NCBI GenBank assembly: GCA_040954595.2
Contig: CM082586.2
Location: 9,269,337 to 9,333,336, forward strand
Direction: 5' to 3'
DNA: 64,000 bases
Source of the DNA: Balanoglossus misakiensis
Lineage: Eukaryota > Animalia > Hemichordata
The position numbers and the translations under genes were made by a program. A model generated the notes under the pieces. The model searched no databases. It was given only the letters and a program-made list of their open reading frames with translations, and was not told the origin of the DNA. The stretch's first letter is position 1, and every line of letters starts with the position of its first letter. This document shows, one piece after another, positions 50,901-62,700 of this stretch.

Positions 50901-52464
50901 TGCGTAAAGCAGGTGTCACAGGTGACCCAAAACTTTGGCTTTTCATTATGGCCCCATACCTCCAAATGCCAAGGCTGTACCTGCTTTGGATGCCGAGATA
51001 TGCAAAAGTACGTCAAAGGTCATCTGAGGTCATCCAAAATTTGGGCAGAAAATTTTGACCCATAGTGGTCCATGTCCAACAAAAACCAGACCTCTAGTCC
51101 TTTTGGTTAGCCCAGAATTAGGTATGCACATAAATAATGAGTTAAGCAGGTGTCACAGGTGACCCAAAACTTTGGCTTTTCATTATGGCCCCATACCTCC
51201 AAACGCCAGGGCTGTATCTGCTGTGGATGTCGAGATATGCAAAAGTAGGTCAAAGGTCATCCGAGGTCACCCAACATTTGGGCAAAAAAATTTGACCCAA
51301 TACTGGTTCATGTCCAACAAAAACCAAACCTCTAGGTCTATTGGTTCATCTGTAATTAGGTATGCGCATATTTAATGAGGTCAGCAGAGGTCAAAGGGGT
51401 CATGAAAAGTAGCGAAATTTTTTGATTGCATACAAATCCACATACATCAAAAACCAAACTTATAGCCCTATTAGTTAGCCTGGAATTAGATATGCAGAAA
51501 AATGATGTGTCAAAAGTAGGTCAAAGGTCATTGTCAAAATTACCAAAATATTTATAGCTTATTCTTGGCATATGATGATTCATATCCATAAAAAGAATTT
51601 CTGTGCTATCAATTTTTAGGCTAGAAAGGGAATTTTTACTTTTTAATCGTTTTTCACAAAATCCAATATGGCCGCCATAATCTTCGACCAATCACATTCA
51701 CCTTCGCAAACTTGATAGACATCTGTTTAATGACCACACACACCAAATCTTGTGACTCAGTTATCGCCGGTTCTTGAGAAGAAGATTTTTGAAATTTTAC
51801 TAGGGTTTTTCGAAAATCCAATATGGCCGCCATAATCTTCGACCAATCACAATGATCTTCGCAAACTTGATAGACCTCAGTTAGGTGACCACATACCCCA
51901 AACCACGTGACTCGGTTATTGCCGGTTCTGGAGAAGAAGATTTTTGAAATTTTGACCAGATTTCAGAAAAAAAATTGTAGCAAAAAAACTGCAACATTGA
52001 CAGCAAAATATCCAATTACAAAAATGATGGGCAGAAGGTACACTACCAGCACACCAAATCTGAAGTAAATCTGACTTGTAGTTTCTGAGATCTGAGATTT
52101 GCATTTTTTCAGAAAATCCAATATGGCCGCCATGTCACGTGACTAATTAAAAATTCAAGAGTTCAATGCACGACTACCCATTGACCTTGACCACTGTAGC
52201 AAGTTTGAGAAGTGTACCTGCAGCGGTGTCTGAGATCTAGAGCGACAAAGAAATGACAGAAGAATAAAGAAAGAAGGAAAGACAGAAAAACCCCAACGAA
52301 ACCAATAGGGCCCAAGCGCTGGTATGCGCTTGGGCCCTAAGAAAGAAAGCCGGAAAGAAAAATTCCAACGAAACCAATAGGGCCCAAGCGCTTGCTTGCG
52401 CTTGGGCCCTAAAAATTCCAACGAAACCAATACGGGCCCAAGCCTGGCTTGGCTTGGGCCCGTA
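38931..52464 (+). mobile_element. Cluster of 9 non-autonomous Helentrons (8 family A, 1 diverged family C)
   Basis: Left ends at 38931, 40431 (C), 41638, 43124, 44538, 46373, 47784, 49193 and 50627. Right hairpins at 40394, 43090, 46226, 46277, 46340 (C), 52306, 52378 and 52431. Confidence 0.9.
40431..46372 (+). mobile_element. Family-C non-autonomous Helentron (variant subTIR GGGGCACAAGC) carrying three nested family-A elements
   Basis: Left subTIR ggggcacaagc at 40455; diverged body to 41637; tail resumes at 46311; matching hairpin taggggcacaagcc-cgata-ggcttgtgccccta at 46340-46372. Confidence 0.85.
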
Positions 52465-52527
52465 ATAAAGAAAAATTCCAACAATAACAATGGGGGCACA
52501 AGCCGCCTGAGGGCGCTTGTGCCCCCA
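52306..52527. repeat. Stack of four different right-terminal hairpins
   Basis: Hairpins at 52306 (loop tggtat), 52378 (ttgctt), 52431 (tacggg...cccgta) and 52491 (tgggggcacaagc...gcttgtgccccca). Confidence 0.93.
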
Positions 52528-52630
52528 AATATGCTCAAAAACTTAAGAGAAAACAGTTGCTAGTGCTATCGGCCGGTAGTTACTGGCATCACTACAAAGC
52601 TTAGTTTTATCCTTAATAATTGGAACTAAA

Positions 52631-55600
52631 ATTAAAGCTGCAAGCAGCATTGTCCGGGCCCAAGCTCTATTATCTGATCTGATTATTAGATATGCATATA
52701 ATTAATGAGTAGAAACATAATGCAGTGTTTTATTCCATGAAATATCAAGGTTATATCTATGTTTGGTGTTGATATAGTGTTAAGTAGGTCAAAGGTCACC
52801 CAGAGGTCACCCATAATTTTGGCAGAAAATTTTGACCCATAGTCGTCCATGTCCAACAAAAACCAGACCTCTAGCCCTTTTGGTTAGCCCGGAATTAGGT
52901 ATGCACATAAATAATGAGTTAAGCAGGTGTCACAGGTGACCCAAAACTTTGGCTTTTCATTATGGCCCCATACCTCCAAACACCAAGGCTGTATCTGCTG
53001 TGGATGTCGAGATATGCAAAAGTAGGTCAAAGGTCACCCGAGGTCACCCAACATTTGGGTAAAATATTTTGACCCCATACTGGTCCATGTATAACAAAAA
53101 CAAAACCTCTAGGTCTATTGGTTCATCATTAATTAGGTAAGCGCATATTTAATGAGGTCACCAGAGGTCAAAGGGGTCATGAAAAGTAGCGAAATTTTTT
53201 GATTGCATACAAATCCACATACATCAAAAACCAAACTTATAGCCCTATTGGTTAGCCTGGAATTAGATATGCAGAAAAATGATCCGTCAAAAGTAGGTCA
53301 AAGGTCATTGCCAAAATTACCAAAATATTTATAGCTTATTCTTGGCATATGATGATTCATATCCATAAAAAGAATTTCTGTGCTATCAATTTTTAGGCTA
53401 GAAAGGGAATTTTTACTTTTTAATCGTTTTTCACAAAATCCAATATGGCCGCCATAATCTTCGACCAATCACATTCCCCTTCGCAAACTTGATAGACATC
53501 TGTTTAATGACCACACACACCAAATCTTGTGACTCAGTTATCGCCGGTTCTTGAGAAGAAGATTTTTGAAATTTTACTAGGGTTTTTCCAAAATCCAATA
53601 TGGCCGCCAAAATCTTCGACCAATCACAATGATCTTCGCAAACTTGATAGACCTCAGTTTGGTGACCACATACCCCAAACCGCGTGACTCGGTTATCGCC
53701 GGTTCTGGAGAAGAAGATTTTTGAAATTTTGACCAGATTTCAGAAAAACAACTGTAGCAAAAAAACTGCAACATTGACAGCATAATTTCCAATTACAAAA
53801 ATGTTTGCCAGAAGGTAGTCTACCTGCACGCCAAATTTGAAGTCGATCTGACTTGTAGTTTCTGAGATCTGAGATTTGCATTTTTGCAGAAAATCCAAGA
53901 TGGCCGCCAGGTCACGTGACTAATTAAAAATTCATGGGTTCAATGCACGACTACTCATTGACCTTGACCACTGTAGCAAGTTTGAGAACTGTACCTGCAG
54001 TGGTGTCTGAGATCTAGAGCGACAAAGAATTGACACAAGAATAAAGAAAGATTAAAGCTGCGAGCAGCATTGTCGGGCCCAAGCGCTGATCTCGAATTAT
54101 ATATGCACAGTATGAATGAGAAGAAACAGAATTTTCTATCGGGTGTATCTCATGACATAACAAGGACGTGTGTATTTTTGCTGCTGAAATAGGGTGAAGT
54201 ATGCCAAAGGTCACTTGAGGTCACCCAACATTTGGGCAACTTTTTTTGACCGATACTGGTCCATGTCCAACAGAAACCAAAACTCTAGCTCTATTGGTTC
54301 GCCTGTAATTAGGAATGTGCATATTTAATGAGGTCAGCAGGTGTCACAGGTGACCCAAAAATGTGGCTTTACATTTTGGTCCCATCCTGCCAAATGCCAT
54401 GGCTGTATCTGCTCTGGATGCTGAGATATGCGAAAGTAGGTCAAAGGTCACCAGAGGTCTTCCAAAATTTGGGCAAAAAATTTTGATCCCATACATGTCC
54501 ATGTCCAACAAAAACCAAACCTCTAGCTCTATTGGTTCGCCTGTAATTAGCTATGCACATAATTAATGAGGTCAGCAGAGGTCAAAGGGGTCATGAAAAG
54601 TAGCAAAATATTTTGATCACACACTAATCCACATGCATCAAAAACCAAACGTCTAGCCCTATAGGTTAGCCTTGAATTAGATATGCAGAAATAATAATGC
54701 ATGATAAGTAGGTCAAAGGTCATGTGAAAAATCGCCAAAAATTTGTAACATATTTTAGTCATATGACGAATGATATCCATGAAAAGAATTTGTATGCTAT
54801 CAATTTTTAGACTAGGAAAAGGAATTTCAATTTTTCACTGCTTTTTACGAAATCCAATATGGCCGCCATAATCTTCGACCAATCACAATGCTCGTTGCAA
54901 ACTTGATAGACATCAGTGTTGTGACCATACTCCCCGAATCTTGCGACTCAGTTATCGCCAGTTCTGGAGTAGAAGATTTTTGCAGTTTTACTATGGTTTT
55001 TCGAAAATCCAATATGGCCGCCATAATCTTCGACCAATCACAATGCTTCTTATCAAACTTGATAGACATCAGTTAGGTGACCACATACCCCAAACCGCGT
55101 CACTCGGTTATCACCGGTTCTGGAGAAGAAGATTTTTGAAATTTAAGCCAGATTTCAGAAAAAAAATTGTAGCAAAAAAACTGCAACATTTACAGCAAAA
55201 TATCCAATTACAAAAATGATGGATAGAAGGTAGACTACCTGCACACCAAATTTGAAGTCGATCTGACTTGTAGTTTCTGAGATCTGAGATTTGCATTTTT
55301 TCAGAAAATCCAATATGGCCGCCAGGTCACGTGACTAATTAAAAATTCAAGGGTTCAATGCACGACTACTCATTGACCTTGACCACTGTAGCAAGTTTGA
55401 AAACTGTACCTGCAGTGGTGTCTGAGATCTAGAGCGACAAAGAAGTGAACCAAGAATAAAGAAAGAAAGAAAGAAAGAATTAAAGCTGCAAGCAGCATTG
55501 TCGGGCCCAAGCGCTGATCTTGAATTATATATGCACAGTATGAATGAGAAGAAACAGAATTTTCTATCGTATGTATTATCTCATGACATAACAAGGATGT

Positions 55601-58600
55601 GTGTATTCTTGCTGCTGAAATAGGGTGAAGTAGGTCAAAGGTCACCTGAGGTCACCCAACATTTGGGCAATTTTTTTTTTACCCATACTGGTCCATGTCC
55701 AACAAAAAACAAAACTCTAGCTCTATTGGTTTGCCTGTAATTAGGTATGTGCATATTTAATGAGGTCAGCAGGTGTCACAGGTGACCCAAAAATGTGGCT
55801 TTACATTTTGGTCCCATCCTACCAAATGCCATGGCTGTATCTGCTCTGGATGATGAGATATGCAAAAGTAGGTCAACGGTCACCAGAGGTCACGCAACAT
55901 TTGGGCAAAAAATTTTGATCCCATACTGGTCCATGTCCAACAAAAACCCAACCTCTAGCTCTATTGGTTCGCCTGTAATTAGCTATGCGCATAATTAATG
56001 AGGTCAGCAGAGATCAAAGGGGTCATGAAAAGTAGCAAAATATTTTGATCACACACTAATCCACATTCATCAAAAACCAAACGTCTAGCCCTATAGGTTA
56101 GCCTGGAATTGGATATGCAGAAATAATAACGCGTGATAAGTAGGTCAAAGGTCATGTGAAAAATCGCCAAAAAATTGTAACATATTTTAGTCACATGACG
56201 ATTGATATCCATAAAAAGAATGTGTATGCTATCAATTTTTAGACTAGAAAAAAGAATTTCAATTTTTCACTGCTTTTTACAAAATCCAATATGGCCGCCA
56301 TAATCTTCGACCAATCACAATGCTCTTTGCAAACTTGATAGACATCAGTGTAGTGACGATACTCCCCGAATCTTGCGACTCAGTCATCGCCCGTTCTGGA
56401 GAAGGAAATTTTTGGAGTTTAACTATGGTTTTTCGAAAATCCAATATGGCCGCCATAATCTTCGACCAATCACAATGCTTCTTATCAAACTTGATAGACA
56501 TCAGTTAGGTGACCACATACCCCAAACCACGTGTCTCGGTTATCACCGGTTCTGGAGAAGAAGATTTTTGAAATTTAAGCCAGATTTCAGAAAAAAAATT
56601 GTAGCAAAAAAACTGCAACATTGACAGCAAAATTTCCAATTACAAAAATGATGGGTAGAAAGTAGTCTACCTGCATGCCAAATTTGAAGTCGATCTGACT
56701 TGTAGTTTCTGAGATCTAAGATTTGCATTTTTTCAGAAAATCCAATATGGCCGCCAGGTCACGTGACTAATTAAAAATTCAAGGGTTCAATGCACGACTA
56801 CTCATTGACCTTGACCACTGTAGCAAGTTTGAAAACTGTACCTGCAGTGGTGTCTGAGATCTAGAGCGACAAAGAAGTGAACCAAGAATAAAGAAAGAAA
56901 GAAAGAAAGAAAGAATTAAAGCTGCGAGCAGCATTGTCGGGCCCAAGCGCTGATCTTGAATTATATATGCACAGTATGAATGAGAAGAAACAGAATTTTC
57001 TATCGGATGTATTATATCATGACATAACAAGGATGTGTGTATTTTTGCTGCTGAAATAGGATGAAGTAGGTCAAAGGTCACCTGAGGTCACCTAAAATTT
57101 GGGCAAAATTTTTGACCCCATACGAGTCCATGTCCAACAAAAACCAAAACTCTAGCTCTATTGGTTCGCCTGTAATTAGGTATGTGCATATTTAATGAGG
57201 TCAGCAGGTGTCACAGGTGACCAAAAAATGTGGCTTTACATTATGGTCCCATCCTACCAAATGCCATGGCTGTATCTGCTCTTGATGCTGAGATATGCGA
57301 AAGTAGGTCAAAGGTCACCAGAGGTCACCCAACATTTGGGCAAAAATGTTTGATCCCATACTGGTCCATGTCCAACAAAAACCAAACCTCTAGCTCTATT
57401 GGTTCGCCTGTAATTAGCTATGCACATAATTAATGAGGTCAGCAGAGGTCAAAGGGGTCATGAAAAGTAGCAAAATATTTTGATCACACACTAATCCACA
57501 TTCATCAAAAACCAAACGTCTAGCCCTATAGGTTAGCCTGGAATTAGATATGCAGAAATAATAACGCGTGATAGGTAGGTCAAAGGTCATGTGAAAAATC
57601 GCCAAAAAATTGTAACATATTTTAGTCACATGACGATTGATATCCGTAAAAAGAATTTGTATGCTATCAATTTTTAGACTAGAAAAAGGATTTTCAATTT
57701 TTCGCTGCTTTTTACAAAATCCAATATGGCCGCCATAATCTTTGACCAATCACAATGCTCTTTGCAAACATGATAGACATCAGTGTAGTGACCATACTCC
57801 CCGAATCTTGCGACTCAGTCATCGCCCGTTCTGGAGAAGAAGATTTTTGGAGTTTAACTATGGTTTTTCGAAAATCCAATATGGCCGCCATAATCTTCGA
57901 CCAATCACAATGATCTTCGCAAACTTGATAGACATCAGTTAGGTGACCACATACCCCAAACCCCGTGTCTCGGTTATCGCCGGTTCTGGAGAAGAAGATT
58001 TTTGAAATTTAAGCCAGATTTCAGAAAAAAAATTGTAGCAAAAAAACTGCAACATTGACAGCAAAATTTCCAATTACAAAAATGATGGGTAGAAGGTAGT
58101 CTACCTGCACGCCAAATTTGAAGTCGATCTGACTTGTAGTTTCTGAGATCTGAGATTTGCATTTTTTCAGAAAATCCAAGATGGCCGCCAGGTCATGTGA
58201 CTAATTAAAAATTCAAGGGTTCAATGCACGACTACTCATTGACCTTGACCACTGTAGCAAGTTTCAGAAGTGTACCTGCAGTGGTCTCTGAGATCTAGAG
58301 CGACAAAGAATTGACACAAGAATAAAGAAAGAAAGAAGAAAGAAAGACAGAATTAAAGCTGCAAGCAGCATTGTCCGGGCCCAAGCTCTATTATCTGATC
58401 TGATTATTAGATATGCACATAATTAATGAGTAGAAACATAATGCTGTTTTACCCCATGAAATATCAAGGTTATATCCATGTTTGGTGTTGACATAGTGTT
58501 AAGTAGGTCAAAGGTCACCCAGATGTCACCCACAATTTGGGCAGAAAATTTTGACCCATAGTGGTCCATGTCCAACAAAAACCAGACCTCTAGCCCTTTT

Positions 58601-59770
58601 GGTTAGCCCGGAATTAGGTATGCACATAAATAATGAGTTAAGCAGGTGTCACAGGTGACCCAAAACTTTGGCTTTTCATTATGGCCCCATACCTCCAAAC
58701 GCCAAGGCTGTATCTGCTGTGGATGTCGAGATATGCAAAAGTAGGTCAAAGGTCACCCGAGGTCACCCAACATTTGGGCAAAATATTTTGACCCCATACT
58801 GGTCCATGTATAACAAAAACAAAACCTCTAGGTCTATTGGTTCATCATTAATTAGGTATGTGCATATTTAATGAGGTCAGCAGAGGTCAAAGGGGTCATG
58901 AAAAGTAGCAAAAATTTTTGATCGCATACAAATCCACATACATCAAAAACCAAACTTATACCCCTATTGGTTAGCCTGGAATTAGATATGCAGAAAAATG
59001 ATGCGTCAAAAGTAGGTCAAAGGTCATTGCCAAAATTACCAAAATATTTATAGCTTATTCTTGGCATATGATGATTCATATCCATAAAAAGAATTTCTGT
59101 GCTATCAATTTTTAGGCTAGAAAGGGAATTTTTACTTGTTAATCGTTTTTCACAAAATCCAATATGGCCGCCATAATCTTCGACCAATCACATTCACCTT
59201 CGCAAACTTGATAGACATCTGTTTAATGACCACACACACCAAATCTTGTGACTCAGTTATCGCTGGTTCTTGAGAAGAAGATTTTTGAAATTTTACTAGG
59301 GTTTTTCGAAAATCCAATATGGCCGCCATAATCTTCGACCAATCACAATGATCTTCGCAAACTTGATAGACCTCAGTTTGGTGACCACATACCCCAAACC
59401 GCGTGACACGGTTATCGCCGGTTCTGGAGAAGAAGATTTTTGAAATTTTGACCAGATTTCAGAAAAACAACTGTAGCAAAAAAACTGCAACATTGACAGC
59501 AAAATATCCAATTACAAAAATGATGGGCACAGGGTACACTACCAGCACACCAAATCTGAAGTAAATCTGACTTGTAGTTTCTGAGATCTGAGATTTGCAT
59601 TTTTTCAGAAAATCCAATATGGCCGCCATGTCACGTGACTAATTAAAAATTCAAGAGTTCAATGCACGACTACCCATTGACTTTGACCACTGTAGCAAGT
59701 TTGAGAAGTGTACCTGCAGCGGTGTCTGAGATCTAGAGCGACAAAGAATTGACATAAGAATAAAGAAAGA
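52631..59770 (+). mobile_element. Second nest: five family-A non-autonomous bodies without right hairpins
   Basis: Left ends at 52631, 54051, 55479, 56915 and 58352; each body is cut in its (GAAA)n tail by the next left end. Confidence 0.88.
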
Positions 59771-62700
59771 ATTAAAGCTGCAAGCAGCATTGTCCGGGCC
59801 CAAGCTCTATTATCTGATCTGCACATAGTTAATGAGTAGAAACATAATGCTGTGTTTTATCCCATGACATATCAAGGTTATATGTATGTTTGGTGCTGAT
59901 ATTGTGTTAAGTAGGTCAAAGGTCATCTGAGGTCACCCAAAATTTGGGCAGAAAATTTTGACCCATAGTGGTCCATGTCCAACAAAAGCAGACCTCTAGC
60001 CCTTTTGGTTAGCCCGGAATTAGGTATGCACATAAATAATGAGTTTAGCAGGTGTCATAGGTGACCCGAAACTTTGGCTTTTCATTATGGCCCCATACCT
60101 CCAAACGCCAAGGCTGTATCTGCTGTGGATGTCGAGATATGCACAAGTAGGTCAAAGGTCACCCGAGGTCACCCAACATTTGGGCAAAAAATTTTGACCC
60201 AATACTGGTCCATGTACAACAAAAACCAAACCTCTAGGTCTATTGATTCATCTGTAATTAAGTATGCACATATTTAATGAGGTCAGCAGAGGTCAAAGGG
60301 GTCATGAAAAGTAGCGAAATTTTTTGATCACATACAAATCCACATACATCAAAAACCAAAATGATAGCCCTATAGGTTAACCTGGAATTAGATATGCAGA
60401 AAAAAACGATGTGTCAAAAGTAGGTCAAAGGTCATTGCCAAAATTACCAAAATATTTGGGGTATGTCCTGGCAGGGGTGATACCAATGTGCACAAAAATC
60501 AGAACTCTGGTACATTTAGAACAGGTAGAATGAGCTATATATGCATCCCTATAGGTTAGCCTGGAAATAGATATACAGAAATAATAATGTGTGAAAAGTA
60601 GGTCAAAGGTCAGGTGAAAAATCCCCAAAAATTTGTAACATCATTTAGTCATATGACGATTGATATCCGTAAAAAGAATTTGCATGCTATCAATGTTTAG
60701 ACTAGAAAAAGGAATTTCAATTTTTTACTGCTTTTTACAAAATCCAATATGGCGGCCATATTTTTCGACCAATCACAATGCTCTTTGCAAACCTGACAGA
60801 CATCAGTGTAATGACCATACTCCCCGAATCTTGCGACTCAGTTATCGCCAGTTCTGGAGAAGATTGTTGGAGTTTTACTATGGTTTATCGAAAATCCAAT
60901 ATGGCCGCCATAATCTTCGACCAATCACAATGTTCTTGGCAAACTTAGTAAAAATTGGGGCAAAAAAACTGGAACATGGACAGCATAATATCCAATTACA
61001 AAAATGATGGGCAGAAGGTAGACTACAAAATATGATGATACACACTAATCCACATGCATCATTACACATGCAGTAGTTGAGGGCGAAATACAAAGTTAGA
61101 ATGTACACATTATGTGATTGGTTAATTAGTCACAAGTGATGTGTGGATTGGTTGTAAATAGTTGAAAATTTTCATCTGAATCAGTGAAAGTTTTGACAGA
61201 GGTATTTGTTTGGCTATAAACATATCTTTATTTAAGTGAACAGATCTGTATATTACATCCGTTAACTGTGAAGAGGATGTAGTATAGATATACCAATATA
61301 TTGAGCTGTATAAACGGAGTGTTAACCCAACACGTCTATGGGGTATGAATCTGAAAGCAACTTCATCCTACGCACTTGAATCCGAAAACGAATCTGACTC
61401 CAGCAGAGGCGTTGACCTGAATCCGGTGAGTAACACGTATACAATTACATGCAGTTTTTAAATGTGGTACGAAGGAGAGAATCGGTGGTTTGAACGTATA
61501 ATACTTGGTGATGTTGGTTATGAAGTTGTTGTTTAACCAATGGTAGTGTGATTTTGTTTGTTAGTGAGACGATGGCAGTTTTGTAAGATGTTTTGTATTT
61601 TCGTCTCGAGCGAATTCCAATATGGCGGCTATCGTAACGTGTCGAGATTGCTTACTGTATGTAAAGAATCCATGGTACCGTAAGCATGCATGTTTTGGCA
61701 AATGTTATATATGTTGAGATGGTGGAGTTTGCTGGATTAAATAGAACAATTAGAGGGTGGGTAAATCAGAGTTTCTAGTGCGTTCCATTCAAGTTGAAAT
61801 TACGAGATAAGCTTCTTTTTGCAGTCAATGTACAAATGATTATTTAGACTGGAAAGGGTTTAGGCAAGCGAATCTCGTGACCGGAAGTGTTGAATTCAGG
61901 CGATCGGTGTGTCATGCGTATGTTACGTACAAGCGTTGGTAAAGTATTTTTTCTGGGATGTGTATTTGTAAAAAAAAAAAATAAACTGTGCGGTATTTAT
62001 GGATTGGCTTTTCCAAATATGTAAATACTGCATTTATTTCTGTGAATATTGTATGTTTATGTGATCAAAAGCCCAGGGGTTATCATTGTAATTTTTATCA
62101 GTTAAATCGATTTGTTTTTTGATAATTGAAAGGAATTTTGCTTCAAATATTGAACAATCTGTGTGAGTACAAAACAGAAACATTGCTGGATTATTTGACG
62201 TTTTAGTTGTTTGTAAAAATGTGGGGACAAGCGGAGAATTGGCCAAATATTTTTGGTGACCACTGCCTTTAGTGTGTATGCTTTCTGGTGGTGACAGGTG
62301 TGCCAAAACGTAGACAATGGAATCTGGCAGGAGCATGAAAAGAACAGTTGACTTGTTAACATATTTTGATGCCATGAAAATATGTTGTGTTATCAATCTG
62401 TGGTAACCTGTATGTGCCATTTGTATGGAAACTGTGATCAAGACATGAATTTCTGAATATCACAAGCTTGGCAGTGAATTCATTGTTAATTGTTATCCTG
62501 TTTGTAGGCAATTGTATATTTTCATGTATTAGTTTAAATATAAATTTATAGTTAATTAGTTAATTAAACAGGTTTTTTATTTTCTTGACAGATTTTGGCT
62601 ATCAAAGAGTTTTCAAGGTGAGTGTTGGTGCACAACAGTGCATAGTATCATAGATTAACACACTCAGGTGTGCATTGTGTCAAATGTGAATTAGTCTTTT

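Noticed and set aside
61214-61293. TATA-like tataaa motifs upstream of the second element's putative first exon
   Set aside because: The context is AT-rich and the first element has no clearly equivalent motif, so there is not enough support for a promoter call.
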